Source: Escherichia coli
GTDB taxonomy: Bacteria; Pseudomonadota; Gammaproteobacteria; Enterobacterales; Enterobacteriaceae
Direction: 5' to 3' (one strand)
Assembly: GCF_003334815.1 (NCBI RefSeq)
Contig: NZ_QOWO01000007.1
Length of the DNA stretch: 64,000 nt
Part shown: in pieces, positions 1 through 12,252 of the stretch
How the letters are laid out: each line of letters starts with the position of its first letter
Position numbering within the stretch: position 1 is the stretch's first letter
The notes under the pieces: model-generated
Databases searched by the model: none
What the model saw: the letters and a program-made list of their open reading frames with translations, nothing else
Told to the model about the DNA's origin: nothing
Made by a program: the position numbers and the translations under genes

Positions 1-324
1 GCCCACGGTGAAGCTATCGTTAACTATCTTGCGCGTAAAGAGGCAGCAACACACAGTGGACGTCGGCGGAAAGGGGAAACACGGAAACTGGATTACGCGT
101 TGCTAGGTTGGGCTATATCGGCAAATTTGGGGAGGGAATGGGCGTTACGCATTGCCCCTTCGCTTTCTTCGGCGATTCGCGCTCCAGAGATTGCCCGTAA
201 CGGCGTTTTATTCTCATTACAGACGCACCTAAGTTGCGGGGCCAATACCAGTTTGTTGGGGCGAAGTTATTCCGGTGGTGGTGCTGGCGGCGGCGCGGGT
301 GGCGGAGGCGGTGGTGGCTGGTAA
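1..324 (+). CDS. yciQ: 3' end of an upstream membrane-protein gene (probably DUF2207 family YciQ); C-terminal fragment with a Gly-rich tail
   Basis: Frame 1 is open from base 1 to a TAA at 322-324; tail reads ...SGGGAGGGAGGGGGGGW; position upstream of rluB fits recalled K-12 order (yciO-yciQ-rluB). Identity is from synteny memory only. Confidence 0.5.
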   Translation, partial: AHGEAIVNYLARKEAATHSGRRRKGETRKLDYALLGWAISANLGREWALRIAPSLSSAIRAPEIARNGVLFSLQTHLSCGANTSLLGRSYSGGGAGGGAGGGGGGGW

Positions 325-451
325 TTAAGCTGATGTTAATCGAAACAAGCTTTAACCATAAAGATAGTGTAGTATGTTGCGCCTCAAAGCCAGGCCGATA
401 AACGTCGAGTCGTTTACTTAAGGCCTGAAGAGTTCAAACAGACTTTACTAT

Positions 452-482
452 CAGTGAGTCAGATGTAAGTTCTGACTCACTG
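452..482. other. Perfect 12-bp stem hairpin in the yciQ-rluB spacer
   Basis: CAGTGAGTCAGA - tgtaagt - TCTGACTCACTG; no U-tract follows. Confidence 0.55.
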
Positions 483-534
483 TTGCACAAAAGCATATCA
501 GACGCCTGGGAAGGCGACACCAAAAGGAAGCTCT

Positions 535-1410
535 ATGAGCGAAAAGCTACAGAAAGTGCTGGCGCGTGCCGGCCACGGTTCTCGCCGTGAAATCGAATCT
601 ATTATTGAAGCCGGTCGTGTGAGTGTTGATGGCAAAATTGCTAAACTCGGCGATCGTGTTGAAGTTACCCCTGGATTGAAAATCCGTATCGATGGTCACC
701 TGATTTCGGTACGTGAGTCCGCTGAACAAATTTGTCGCGTTCTGGCCTATTACAAACCGGAAGGTGAGTTGTGTACCCGTAACGATCCGGAAGGACGTCC
801 AACGGTGTTTGACCGTCTGCCAAAACTGCGTGGCGCACGCTGGATTGCCGTGGGTCGCTTGGACGTTAATACCTGTGGTCTGCTGCTGTTCACCACCGAT
901 GGTGAACTGGCAAACCGTTTAATGCACCCAAGCCGTGAAGTTGAACGTGAATATGCCGTGCGTGTATTTGGTCAGGTTGACGACGCGAAACTGCGTGATT
1001 TGAGTCGTGGCGTGCAGTTGGAAGATGGTCCGGCAGCTTTTAAAACCATCAAGTTCAGCGGCGGCGAAGGGATCAACCAGTGGTACAACGTGACTCTGAC
1101 CGAAGGCCGTAACCGTGAAGTTCGTCGTCTGTGGGAAGCGGTTGGTGTGCAGGTGAGCCGCCTGATCCGTGTTCGTTACGGTGATATCCCACTGCCAAAA
1201 GGTCTGCCACGCGGTGGCTGGACGGAGCTGGACCTCGCCCAGACTAACTATCTGCGCGAACTGGTGGAGCTACCGCCAGAAACCAGCTCTAAAGTCGCTG
1301 TAGAAAAAGACCGTCGTCGCATGAAGGCGAATCAGATTCGTCGTGCGGTGAAACGTCACAGTCAGGTGAGCGGCGGTCGTCGTTCTGGCGGACGTAATAA
1401 TAACGGTTAA
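535..1410 (+). CDS. rluB: 23S rRNA pseudouridine synthase RluB
   Basis: 291 aa; N-terminal S4-like region and RsuA/RluB-type catalytic motif [17 protein letters not shown]; basic C-terminal tail. Confidence 0.93.
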
Positions 1411-1417
1411 TCAAAGT

Positions 1418-1444
1418 ATGCCGGACGTCATATCCGGCATTTTT
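1418..1444. terminator. Bidirectional intrinsic terminator between convergent rluB and btuR
   Basis: Hairpin ATGCCGGA-cgtcata-TCCGGCAT followed by TTTT on the + strand and A-tract on the other side. Confidence 0.75.
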
Positions 1445-1449
1445 ACAGA

Positions 1450-2040
1450 TTAATAATCGATCCCTATCTGCGCTTTTACACCGGCATCAAACGCATGTTT
1501 GACGGGGCGTAATTCACTTACCGTATCTGCCAGTTCAAGAATATCCCGATGACAACCACGACCCGTGATAATCACCGTCTGTTGATGTGGACGTTCATTT
1601 AACGCCTGCACCACTTCTTCCAGTGGCAAATAGTCATACGCCACCATATACGTCAGTTCATCAAGCAAAACCATATCCAGTGAGGAATCAGCAAGCATCC
1701 GCTTTGCATGTTGCCAGACTTCGCGGCAGGCGGCGGTATCAGACTCGCGGTTTTGTGTATCCCAGGTAAAGCCCGTTGCCATCACCTGAAACTCAACGCC
1801 ATGTGGCTCCAGCAGATTGCGTTCGCCATTAGGCCAGGTGCCTTTAATAAACTGCACGACGCCTACTTTTTTTCCGTGACCAACTGCGCGTGTTGCCGTA
1901 CCAAATGCCGCGGTGGTTTTGCCTTTTCCATTGCCGGTAAAGACGATGATAATACCGCGTTCATCCTGGGCCTGGGCCACACGAGCATCTACTTTTTCTT
2001 TCACTCGCTGCTGACGCTGTTGGTAGCGTTCATCACTCAT
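1450..2040 (-). CDS. btuR: Cob(I)yrinic acid a,c-diamide (corrinoid) adenosyltransferase
   Basis: 196 aa; P-loop GNGKGKTTAAFG; stop/start overlap with yciK (operon). Confidence 0.93.
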   Translation of the reverse strand: MSDERYQQRQQRVKEKVDARVAQAQDERGIIIVFTGNGKGKTTAAFGTATRAVGHGKKVGVVQFIKGTWPNGERNLLEPHGVEFQVMATGFTWDTQNRESDTAACREVWQHAKRMLADSSLDMVLLDELTYMVAYDYLPLEEVVQALNERPHQQTVIITGRGCHRDILELADTVSELRPVKHAFDAGVKAQIGIDY

Positions 2041-2795
2041 TGGGAAATTCCTGGTTTACGGCCCGGTTGGGCGTCAAAGGTCATGCCGGTTTTACGGCGG
2101 CTGTCATCGCCCATCAGCCAGAGGTAGAGCGGCATGATATCAGCGGGTGTTTTAAGTTTCTGTGGATCTTCGGTCGGGAAGGCGCTGGCACGCATTGCGG
2201 TGCGCGTACCGCCTGGGTTAATGCAGTTGACACGCAGGCGCTGCTGATATTCATCGGCCAGTACCTGCATCATCCCTTCGGTGGCAAATTTCGACGCTGC
2301 ATATGCACCCCAGTTGGCTCGTCCCTGACGTCCAACGCTTGATGAAGTAAAGACCAGTGAACCGGCGTCCGATTTGAGTAATAAAGGAAGCAGTGCCTGG
2401 GTGAGCATAAAGGTGGCATTAACGTTGACCTGCATGACGTCCTGCCAGACCTGCGGATTTTGTTCGCTCATTGGGCAAACATCGCCGAGCAATCCGGCAT
2501 TATGCAAAACACCATCCAGACGCGGATAATTAACGGCAATGCGCTGTGCCAGTTGTTGGCAATTTTCGGACGTGCAGGTCAGCAAATCGAGAATAAACCA
2601 CTGTGGCTGACGCCCAGTTTCTTCGTTTATGTGGCTGGCTACCTGACGTAATTTTTCTTCATTACGGCCCAACAGAATCACTGTCGCACCATAGCGTGCA
2701 TACGTCATCGCGGCTTCACGACCAATACCATCGCTGGCTCCCGTCACCAGGATAATGCGATCATTGAGTAAATCTTGTTTTGGCTGGTAATGCAT
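2037..2795 (-). CDS. yciK: Short-chain dehydrogenase/reductase family oxidoreductase YciK
   Basis: 252 aa; Rossmann motif VTGASDGIG; overlaps btuR start by 4 nt. Confidence 0.9.
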   Translation of the reverse strand: MHYQPKQDLLNDRIILVTGASDGIGREAAMTYARYGATVILLGRNEEKLRQVASHINEETGRQPQWFILDLLTCTSENCQQLAQRIAVNYPRLDGVLHNAGLLGDVCPMSEQNPQVWQDVMQVNVNATFMLTQALLPLLLKSDAGSLVFTSSSVGRQGRANWGAYAASKFATEGMMQVLADEYQQRLRVNCINPGGTRTAMRASAFPTEDPQKLKTPADIMPLYLWLMGDDSRRKTGMTFDAQPGRKPGISQ

Positions 2796-3014
2796 GGCTA
2801 CTCCTCAACGACGTTGTCTGTCGCGCTGCCAGTGTACTTTATGACTTTGGGGCTTTATGCCTGAAACAGAAGGGCATTTCAATCAGCCTGGGGCGATAAC
2901 ACCGCAAAATGGATACTTTGTCATACTTTCGCTGCAATAACATCTCTGCGAGACGGCTTAACATGCCTGTTGTAAACTGTGAGCCAAAGCGTTGTTTAAC
3001 CAAGGTGGGGACTC

Positions 3015-4064
3015 GTGGAATTGTTGTCTGAATATGGTTTGTTTTTGGCGAAAATCGTTACCGTTGTGCTAGCGATTGCGGCGATTGCCGCCATTATTGT
3101 CAATGTTGCTCAACGTAATAAACGCCAGCGTGGCGAGTTACGGGTCAACAATCTCAGCGAACAGTATAAGGAGATGAAAGAAGAACTGGCCGCGGCGCTG
3201 ATGGACTCACATCAGCAAAAACAGTGGCACAAAGCGCAGAAGAAAAAGCATAAGCAAGAAGCGAAAGCAGCAAAAGCGAAAGCCAAACTGGGCGAGGTGG
3301 CAACTGACAGTAAACCCCGCGTCTGGGTGCTGGATTTTAAAGGCAGCATGGACGCCCATGAAGTGAACTCGCTACGTGAAGAGATAACGGCTGTACTCGC
3401 AGCATTCAAACCGCAGGATCAGGTTGTGCTCCGTCTGGAAAGCCCTGGTGGCATGGTGCATGGTTACGGGCTGGCGGCTTCGCAACTGCAGCGTCTGCGC
3501 GATAAAAACATTCCTTTAACTGTTACGGTAGACAAAGTCGCTGCCAGCGGCGGTTACATGATGGCCTGTGTGGCGGACAAAATTGTTTCCGCACCGTTTG
3601 CTATTGTGGGTTCCATTGGCGTGGTGGCGCAAATGCCCAACTTTAACCGCTTCCTGAAAAGCAAAGATATTGATATCGAACTGCACACTGCCGGGCAGTA
3701 TAAGCGCACGCTGACGTTGCTGGGTGAAAATACCGAAGAAGGGCGGGAGAAATTCCGCGAAGAGTTGAACGAAACGCATCAGTTGTTTAAAGATTTTGTG
3801 AAGCGTATGCGTCCTTCTCTGGATATTGAACAGGTGGCAACGGGTGAACACTGGTACGGACAACAGGCGGTAGAGAAAGGCCTGGTTGATGAAATCAACA
3901 CCAGTGATGAAGTTATTCTTAGCCTGATGGAAGGCCGTGAAGTGGTCAATGTACGCTATATGCAGCGTAAACGACTCATTGACCGATTCACCGGCAGCGC
4001 GGCAGAGAGCGCCGATCGATTGTTGCTACGCTGGTGGCAGCGGGGTCAAAAGCCATTGATGTAA
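3015..4064 (+). CDS. sohB: S49 family peptidase SohB (probable inner-membrane protease)
   Basis: 349 aa; GTG start; N-terminal TM helix; length and position match sohB. Confidence 0.9.
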   Translation: MELLSEYGLFLAKIVTVVLAIAAIAAIIVNVAQRNKRQRGELRVNNLSEQYKEMKEELAAALMDSHQQKQWHKAQKKKHKQEAKAAKAKAKLGEVATDSKPRVWVLDFKGSMDAHEVNSLREEITAVLAAFKPQDQVVLRLESPGGMVHGYGLAASQLQRLRDKNIPLTVTVDKVAASGGYMMACVADKIVSAPFAIVGSIGVVAQMPNFNRFLKSKDIDIELHTAGQYKRTLTLLGENTEEGREKFREELNETHQLFKDFVKRMRPSLDIEQVATGEHWYGQQAVEKGLVDEINTSDEVILSLMEGREVVNVRYMQRKRLIDRFTGSAAESADRLLLRWWQRGQKPLM

Positions 4065-4069
4065 AAGAC

Positions 4070-4097
4070 AAACGCGAGGCTAAGACCTCGCGTTTTG
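4070..4097. terminator. Terminator between convergent sohB and yciN
   Basis: Stem AACGCGAGG / CCTCGCGTT with loop ctaaga, then TTTT. Confidence 0.7.
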
Positions 4098-4099
4098 CT

Positions 4100-4351
4100 T
4101 TAATCAACCAGATGATATTTTTCTGAAAGCACATGGGCCAGGTGTTTGAACATATTAAACACCGCGGTGCTTTTGGCTGTTGGCAATCCTTGTTCATCTA
4201 AAAAGTAGTCGCCGGTAAATACCAGCACGCCATTACGCTGCGTGACGCCGGTGGCTTCAATCCCTGCGAGCGTATCCTCATGCTCACGAATGATTTTGTT
4301 GGCCTCTTTCAACAGCGTTTCGCGGTCGATGGGTTGTGTCTCTTTGTTCAT
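4100..4351 (-). CDS. yciN: Small protein YciN (DUF2498)
   Basis: 83 aa ORF convergent with sohB, upstream of topA. Confidence 0.8.
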
Positions 4352-4730
4352 TATTTACTCCTTAAACAAGGACATTAGTCTACGCCAGGCATGGCTTGCA
4401 GACAAATATACCACGCTGGTGGCAAGAGCGCCTTACTGGCAACTTTGGATTTTGCATGCTAATAAAGTTGCGTATCGGATTTTATCAGGTACAGTGTGAC
4501 GCTTTCGTCAATCTGGCAATAGATTTGCTTGACATTCGACCAAAATTCCGTCGTGCTATAGCGCCTGTAGGCCAAGACCTGTTAACTCAGTCACCTGAAT
4601 TTTCGTGAACAGAGTCACGACAAGGGGTTGATATCCGCAGAGAGCGAGTCCATATCGGTAACTCGTTGCCAGTGGAAGGTTTATCAACGTGCGACGCATT
4701 CCTGGAAGAATCAAATTAGGTAAGGTGAAT

Positions 4731-7328
4731 ATGGGTAAAGCTCTTGTCATCGTTGAGTCCCCGGCAAAAGCCAAAACGATCAACAAGTATCTGGGTAGTG
4801 ACTACGTGGTGAAATCCAGCGTCGGTCACATCCGCGATTTGCCGACCAGTGGCTCAGCTGCCAAAAAGAGTGCCGACTCTACCTCCACCAAGACGGCTAA
4901 AAAGCCTAAAAAGGATGAACGTGGCGCTCTCGTCAACCGTATGGGGGTTGACCCGTGGCACAATTGGGAGGCGCACTATGAAGTGTTGCCTGGTAAAGAG
5001 AAGGTCGTCTCTGAACTGAAACAACTGGCTGAAAAAGCCGACCACATCTATCTCGCAACCGACCTTGACCGCGAAGGGGAAGCCATTGCATGGCACCTGC
5101 GGGAAGTGATTGGGGGTGATGATGCGCGCTATAGCCGAGTGGTGTTTAACGAAATTACTAAAAACGCGATCCGCCAGGCATTTAACAAACCGGGTGAGCT
5201 GAATATTGATCGTGTTAATGCCCAGCAGGCGCGTCGCTTTATGGACCGCGTGGTGGGGTATATGGTTTCGCCGCTGCTATGGAAAAAGATCGCTCGTGGT
5301 CTGTCTGCCGGTCGTGTGCAGTCGGTGGCGGTTCGCCTGGTGGTCGAGCGTGAGCGTGAAATTAAAGCGTTCGTGCCGGAAGAGTTCTGGGAAGTCGATG
5401 CCAGCACGACCACGCCATCTGGTGAAGCGTTGGCGTTACAGGTGACTCATCAGAACGACAAACCGTTCCGTCCGGTCAACAAAGAACAAACTCAGGCTGC
5501 GGTAAGTCTGCTGGAAAAAGCGCGCTACAGCGTGCTGGAACGTGAAGACAAACCGACAACCAGTAAACCTGGCGCTCCTTTTATTACCTCTACGCTGCAA
5601 CAAGCTGCCAGCACCCGTCTTGGATTTGGCGTGAAAAAAACCATGATGATGGCGCAGCGTTTGTATGAAGCAGGCTATATCACTTACATGCGTACCGACT
5701 CCACTAACCTGAGTCAGGACGCGGTAAATATGGTTCGCGGTTATATCAGCGATAATTTTGGTAAGAAATATCTGCCGGAAAGTCCGAATCAGTACGCCAG
5801 CAAAGAAAACTCACAGGAAGCGCACGAAGCGATTCGTCCTTCTGACGTCAATGTGATGGCGGAATCGCTGAAGGATATGGAAGCAGATGCGCAGAAACTG
5901 TACCAGTTAATCTGGCGTCAGTTCGTTGCCTGCCAGATGACCCCAGCGAAATATGACTCCACGACGCTGACCGTTGGTGCGGGCGATTTCCGCCTGAAAG
6001 CACGCGGTCGTATTTTGCGTTTTGATGGCTGGACAAAAGTGATGCCTGCGTTGCGTAAAGGCGATGAAGATCGCATCTTACCAGCAGTTAATAAAGGCGA
6101 TGCTCTGACGCTCGTTGAACTTACACCAGCCCAGCACTTTACCAAGCCGCCAGCCCGTTTCAGTGAAGCATCGCTGGTTAAAGAGCTGGAAAAACGCGGT
6201 ATCGGTCGTCCGTCTACCTATGCGTCGATCATTTCGACCATTCAGGATCGTGGCTACGTGCGAGTAGAAAATCGTCGTTTCTATGCGGAAAAAATGGGCG
6301 AAATCGTCACCGATCGCCTTGAAGAAAATTTCCGCGAGTTAATGAACTACGACTTTACCGCGCAGATGGAAAACAGCCTCGACCAGGTGGCAAATCACGA
6401 AGCAGAGTGGAAAGCTGTACTGGATCACTTCTTCTCGGATTTCACCCAGCAGTTAGATAAAGCTGAAAAAGATCCGGAAGAGGGTGGTATGCGCCCGAAC
6501 CAGATGGTTCTGACCAGCATTGACTGCCCGACTTGTGGTCGCAAAATGGGGATTCGCACAGCGAGCACCGGGGTATTCCTTGGCTGTTCTGGCTATGCGC
6601 TGCCGCCGAAAGAGCGTTGCAAAACCACCATTAACCTGGTGCCGGAAAACGAAGTGCTGAACGTGCTGGAAGGCGAAGATGCTGAAACCAACGCGCTGCG
6701 CGCAAAACGTCGTTGCCCGAAATGCGGCACGGCGATGGACAGCTATCTCATCGATCCGAAACGTAAGTTGCATGTCTGTGGTAATAACCCAACCTGCGAC
6801 GGTTACGAGATCGAAGAGGGCGAATTCCGCATTAAAGGTTATGACGGCCCGATCGTTGAGTGTGAAAAATGTGGCTCTGAAATGCACCTGAAAATGGGGC
6901 GTTTCGGTAAATACATGGCCTGCACCAACGAAGAGTGTAAAAACACACGTAAGATTTTACGTAACGGCGAAGTGGCACCCCCGAAAGAAGATCCGGTGCC
7001 ATTACCTGAGCTGCCGTGCGAAAAATCAGATGCTTATTTCGTGCTGCGTGACGGTGCTGCCGGTGTGTTCCTGGCTGCCAACACTTTCCCGAAATCGCGT
7101 GAAACGCGTGCGCCACTGGTGGAAGAGCTTTATCGCTTCCGCGACCGTCTGCCGGAAAAACTGCGTTATCTGGCCGATGCGCCACAGCAGGATCCGGAAG
7201 GTAATAAGACCATGGTTCGCTTTAGCCGTAAAACCAAACAGCAATATGTCTCTTCGGAAAAAGACGGAAAGGCGACTGGCTGGTCAGCATTTTATGTTGA
7301 TGGCAAATGGGTTGAAGGAAAAAAATAA
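4731..7328 (+). CDS. topA: DNA topoisomerase I
   Basis: 865 aa from ATG 4731 ([21 protein letters not shown]); three C-terminal Cys4 zinc ribbons (CPTCGRK..., CPKCGTAMD..., CEKCGSEMH...). The in-frame GTG at 4689 is rejected as the start. Confidence 0.96.
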   Translation: MGKALVIVESPAKAKTINKYLGSDYVVKSSVGHIRDLPTSGSAAKKSADSTSTKTAKKPKKDERGALVNRMGVDPWHNWEAHYEVLPGKEKVVSELKQLAEKADHIYLATDLDREGEAIAWHLREVIGGDDARYSRVVFNEITKNAIRQAFNKPGELNIDRVNAQQARRFMDRVVGYMVSPLLWKKIARGLSAGRVQSVAVRLVVEREREIKAFVPEEFWEVDASTTTPSGEALALQVTHQNDKPFRPVNKEQTQAAVSLLEKARYSVLEREDKPTTSKPGAPFITSTLQQAASTRLGFGVKKTMMMAQRLYEAGYITYMRTDSTNLSQDAVNMVRGYISDNFGKKYLPESPNQYASKENSQEAHEAIRPSDVNVMAESLKDMEADAQKLYQLIWRQFVACQMTPAKYDSTTLTVGAGDFRLKARGRILRFDGWTKVMPALRKGDEDRILPAVNKGDALTLVELTPAQHFTKPPARFSEASLVKELEKRGIGRPSTYASIISTIQDRGYVRVENRRFYAEKMGEIVTDRLEENFRELMNYDFTAQMENSLDQVANHEAEWKAVLDHFFSDFTQQLDKAEKDPEEGGMRPNQMVLTSIDCPTCGRKMGIRTASTGVFLGCSGYALPPKERCKTTINLVPENEVLNVLEGEDAETNALRAKRRCPKCGTAMDSYLIDPKRKLHVCGNNPTCDGYEIEEGEFRIKGYDGPIVECEKCGSEMHLKMGRFGKYMACTNEECKNTRKILRNGEVAPPKEDPVPLPELPCEKSDAYFVLRDGAAGVFLAANTFPKSRETRAPLVEELYRFRDRLPEKLRYLADAPQQDPEGNKTMVRFSRKTKQQYVSSEKDGKATGWSAFYVDGKWVEGKK

Positions 7329-7356
7329 CCTTTAATTCTGTCAGGTTTTTATAAAC

Positions 7357-7384
7357 AAAGGGTCGCGAAAGCGGCCCTTTTTTA
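7357..7384 (+). terminator. topA intrinsic terminator
   Basis: GGGTCGC-gaaa-GCGGCCC stem-loop (GNRA loop, one G-U pair) followed by TTTTTTTATT. Confidence 0.75.
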
Positions 7385-7513
7385 TTGCATATTATTTTTT
7401 CTTCACACCTATACACTAAGGCTATAAATGATATAGTGGTTATAGTTAGCACCTTTTTTATTATTAAATCGTATTAGTCACCCGCCAGGTGTGACGAAAA
7501 AACGATGTTCTGA

Positions 7514-8512
<999 letters not shown>

Positions 8513-8842
8513 TTTCTTGCGTTATTTTCGGCACCTTTTATGTAGCGAAGGTGCCGGAATATATTCTCTTTTGTTACTTATTTCTATACCGTGCACAATA
8601 TTTTTATCCCTCATATTTATAGGGTAAATTACCTGTAAAGTAGTGTCTAATTACCCGCCTCGCAAACTCCAGTTTTCAAATATCTATTTCAGGTCAAAAG
8701 ATTGAATTATTCACTGGAGACGATTCGTAAATTCGCTGGATTTTTGACTAAAGTTTCTTTAGGATTTGTCTCATCGTATGATTAATTACACCAATCGTTC
8801 AACGTCTTGCTGATAAGTGATGGCGATTATATGAGGTTAGCA

Positions 8843-8971
8843 ATGCCTTCTGGAAATCAGGAACCCCGCCGCGATCCTGAATTAAAACGTAAAGCCTGGC
8901 TGGCGGTTTTTCTTGGTTCTGCACTTTTCTGGGTGGTTGTCGCACTGCTGATTTGGAAAGTGTGGGGATAA
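8843..8971 (+). CDS. ymiA: Small membrane protein YmiA (42 aa)
   Basis: ATG 8843, single hydrophobic helix (WLAVFLGSALFWVVVALLIWKVW); small-gene call from recalled annotation; absent from the ORF track because below its size cut-off. Confidence 0.55.
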   Translation: MPSGNQEPRRDPELKRKAWLAVFLGSALFWVVVALLIWKVWG

Positions 8972-8973
8972 CT

Positions 8974-9141
8974 ATGGTCGGTCAGGAGCAACTGGAGTCG
9001 TCACCATTATGCCAGCATAGTGACAATGAAACAGAAACGAAACGGGAATGTTCCGTCGTTATTCCAGACGACTGGCAACTAACATCGCAGCAGCAAGCCT
9101 TTATAGAACTGTTTGCTGAAGATGATCAGCCGAAACAATAA
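8974..9141 (+). CDS. yciX: Small protein YciX (55 aa)
   Basis: ATG 8974 directly after ymiA stop; the ORF-track version starts at an upstream TTG (8953). Confidence 0.5.
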   Translation: MVGQEQLESSPLCQHSDNETETKRECSVVIPDDWQLTSQQQAFIELFAEDDQPKQ

Positions 9142-9513
9142 TTATCATCATTCTTATTACCCATTTTTAATGAATTAAAGGGCTTTTAATACACCGCAGC
9201 AATAACAGCTTGAGTTATCTCAACACAAAATAATAACCGTTAAGGGTGTAGCCTATGATCAACACAAATATGAAATATTGGTCCTGGATGGGCGCGTTTT
9301 CTCTGTCGATGCTCTTCTGGGCCGAACTCCTCTGGATCATTACTCACTGATCCTTGACCCCGCTGCGGCGGGGTTGTCATTTGCTTTGCCACAAGGTTTC
9401 TCCTCTTTTATCAATTTGGGTTGTTATCAAATCGTTACGCGATGTTTGTGTTATCTTTAATATTCACCCTGAAGAGAATCAGGGCTTCGCAACCCTGTCA
9501 TTAAGGAGGAGCT

Positions 9514-12189
9514 ATGTCGTCAACCCTACGAGAAGCCAGTAAGGACACGTTGCAGGCCAAAGATAAAACTTACCACTACTACAGCCTGCCGCTTGCTGCT
9601 AAATCACTGGGCGATATCACCCGTCTACCCAAGTCACTCAAAGTTTTGCTCGAAAACCTGCTGCGCTGGCAGGATGGTAACTCGGTTACCGAAGAGGATA
9701 TCCACGCGCTGGCAGGATGGCTGAAAAATGCCCATGCTGACCGTGAAATTGCCTACCGCCCGGCAAGGGTGCTGATGCAGGACTTTACCGGCGTACCTGC
9801 CGTTGTTGATCTGGCGGCAATGCGCGAAGCGGTTAAACGCCTCGGCGGCGATACTGCAAAGGTTAACCCGCTCTCACCGGTCGACCTGGTCATTGACCAC
9901 TCGGTGACCGTCGATCGTTTTGGTGATGATGAGGCATTTGAAGAAAACGTACGCCTGGAAATGGAGCGCAACCACGAACGTTATGTGTTCCTGAAATGGG
10001 GAAAGCAAGCGTTCAGTCGGTTTAGCGTCGTGCCGCCAGGCACAGGCATTTGCCATCAGGTTAACCTCGAATATCTCGGCAAAGCAGTGTGGAGTGAATT
10101 GCAGGACGGTGAATGGATTGCTTATCCGGATACACTCGTTGGTACTGACTCGCACACCACCATGATCAACGGCCTTGGCGTGCTGGGGTGGGGCGTTGGT
10201 GGGATCGAAGCAGAAGCCGCAATGTTAGGCCAGCCGGTTTCCATGCTTATCCCGGATGTAGTGGGCTTCAAACTTACCGGAAAATTACGTGAAGGTATTA
10301 CCGCCACAGACCTGGTTCTCACTGTTACCCAAATGCTGCGCAAACATGGCGTGGTGGGGAAATTCGTCGAATTTTATGGTGATGGTCTGGATTCACTACC
10401 GTTGGCGGATCGCGCCACCATTGCCAATATGTCGCCAGAATATGGTGCCACCTGTGGCTTCTTCCCAATCGATGCTGTAACCCTCGATTACATGCGTTTA
10501 AGCGGGCGCAGCGAAGATCAGGTCGAGTTGGTCGAAAAATATGCCAAAGCGCAGGGCATGTGGCGTAACCCGGGCGATGAACCAATTTTTACCAGTACGT
10601 TAGAACTGGATATGAATGACGTTGAAGCGAGCCTGGCAGGGCCTAAACGCCCACAGGATCGCGTTGCACTGCCCGATGTACCAAAAGCATTTGCCGCCAG
10701 TAACGAACTGGAAGTGAATGCCACGCATAAAGATCGCCAGCCGGTCGATTATGTTATGAACGGACATCAGTATCAGTTACCTGATGGCGCTGTGGTCATT
10801 GCTGCGATAACCTCGTGCACCAACACCTCTAACCCAAGTGTGCTGATGGCCGCAGGCTTGCTGGCGAAAAAAGCCGTAACTCTGGGCCTCAAGCGGCAAC
10901 CATGGGTCAAAGCGTCGCTGGCACCGGGTTCGAAAGTCGTTTCTGATTATCTGGCAAAAGCGAAACTGACACCGTATCTCGACGAACTGGGGTTTAACCT
11001 TGTGGGATACGGTTGTACCACCTGTATTGGTAACTCTGGGCCGCTGCCCGATCCTATCGAAACGGCAATCAAAAAAGGCGATTTAACCGTCGGTGCGGTG
11101 CTGTCCGGCAACCGTAACTTTGAAGGCCGTATCCATCCGCTGGTTAAAACTAACTGGCTGGCCTCGCCGCCGCTGGTGGTTGCCTATGCGCTGGCGGGAA
11201 ATATGAATATCAACCTGGCTTCTGAGCCTATCGGCCATGATCGCAAAGGCGATCCGGTTTATCTGAAAGATATCTGGCCATCGGCACAAGAAATTGCCCG
11301 TGCGGTAGAACAAGTCTCCACAGAAATGTTCCGCAAAGAGTACGCAGAAGTTTTTGAAGGCACAGCAGAGTGGAAGGGAATTAACGTCACACGATCCGAT
11401 ACCTACGGTTGGCAGGAGGACTCAACCTATATTCGCTTATCGCCTTTCTTTGATGAAATGCAGGCAACACCAGCACCAGTGGAAGATATTCACGGTGCGC
11501 GGATCCTCGCAATGCTGGGGGATTCAGTCACCACTGACCATATCTCTCCGGCGGGCAGTATTAAGCCCGACAGCCCAGCGGGTCGATATCTACAAGGTCG
11601 GGGTGTTGAGCGAAAAGACTTTAACTCCTACGGTTCGCGGCGTGGTAACCATGAAGTGATGATGCGCGGCACCTTCGCCAATATTCGCATCCGTAATGAA
11701 ATGGTGCCTGGCGTTGAAGGGGGGATGACGCGGCATTTACCTGACAGCGACGTAGTCTCTATTTATGATGCTGCGATGCGCTATAAGCAGGAGCAAACGC
11801 CGCTGGCGGTGATTGCCGGGAAAGAGTATGGATCAGGCTCCAGTCGTGACTGGGCGGCAAAAGGTCCGCGTCTGCTTGGTATTCGTGTGGTGATTGCCGA
11901 ATCGTTTGAACGAATTCACCGTTCGAATTTAATTGGCATGGGCATCCTGCCGCTGGAATTTCCGCAAGGCGTAACGCGTAAAACGTTAGGGCTAACCGGG
12001 GAAGAGAAGATTGATATTGGCGATCTGCAAAACCTACAACCCGGCGCGACGGTTCCGGTGACGCTTACGCGCGCGGATGGTAGCCAGGAAGTCGTACCCT
12101 GCCGTTGTCGTATCGACACCGCGACGGAGTTGACCTACTACCAGAACGACGGCATTTTGCATTATGTCATTCGTAATATGTTGAAGTAA
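9514..12189 (+). CDS. acnA: Aconitate hydratase A
   Basis: 891 aa; Fe-S cluster cysteine motifs ([18 protein letters not shown]). Confidence 0.96.
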   Translation: MSSTLREASKDTLQAKDKTYHYYSLPLAAKSLGDITRLPKSLKVLLENLLRWQDGNSVTEEDIHALAGWLKNAHADREIAYRPARVLMQDFTGVPAVVDLAAMREAVKRLGGDTAKVNPLSPVDLVIDHSVTVDRFGDDEAFEENVRLEMERNHERYVFLKWGKQAFSRFSVVPPGTGICHQVNLEYLGKAVWSELQDGEWIAYPDTLVGTDSHTTMINGLGVLGWGVGGIEAEAAMLGQPVSMLIPDVVGFKLTGKLREGITATDLVLTVTQMLRKHGVVGKFVEFYGDGLDSLPLADRATIANMSPEYGATCGFFPIDAVTLDYMRLSGRSEDQVELVEKYAKAQGMWRNPGDEPIFTSTLELDMNDVEASLAGPKRPQDRVALPDVPKAFAASNELEVNATHKDRQPVDYVMNGHQYQLPDGAVVIAAITSCTNTSNPSVLMAAGLLAKKAVTLGLKRQPWVKASLAPGSKVVSDYLAKAKLTPYLDELGFNLVGYGCTTCIGNSGPLPDPIETAIKKGDLTVGAVLSGNRNFEGRIHPLVKTNWLASPPLVVAYALAGNMNINLASEPIGHDRKGDPVYLKDIWPSAQEIARAVEQVSTEMFRKEYAEVFEGTAEWKGINVTRSDTYGWQEDSTYIRLSPFFDEMQATPAPVEDIHGARILAMLGDSVTTDHISPAGSIKPDSPAGRYLQGRGVERKDFNSYGSRRGNHEVMMRGTFANIRIRNEMVPGVEGGMTRHLPDSDVVSIYDAAMRYKQEQTPLAVIAGKEYGSGSSRDWAAKGPRLLGIRVVIAESFERIHRSNLIGMGILPLEFPQGVTRKTLGLTGEEKIDIGDLQNLQPGATVPVTLTRADGSQEVVPCRCRIDTATELTYYQNDGILHYVIRNMLK

Positions 12190-12194
12190 CAACT

Positions 12195-12231
12195 ATTTGC
12201 TTGCCGGTTATTTTGCTTCCGGCAAGCAAAT
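12195..12231. terminator. Bidirectional terminator between convergent acnA and ribA
   Basis: 13-bp stem ATTTGCTTGCCGG / CCGGCAAGCAAAT flanked by T/A tracts. Confidence 0.7.
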
Positions 12232-12252
12232 GAATTACACAATGCAAGAGGG

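Noticed and set aside
4689-4730. Upstream in-frame GTG start extending topA by 14 codons
   Set aside because: The ATG at 4731 has a better Shine-Dalgarno spacing and yields the canonical [12 protein letters not shown]-terminus.
9278-9542. Two 60-62 aa ORFs just upstream of acnA
   Set aside because: They overlap the acnA promoter/leader and lack ribosome-binding context; not called as genes.
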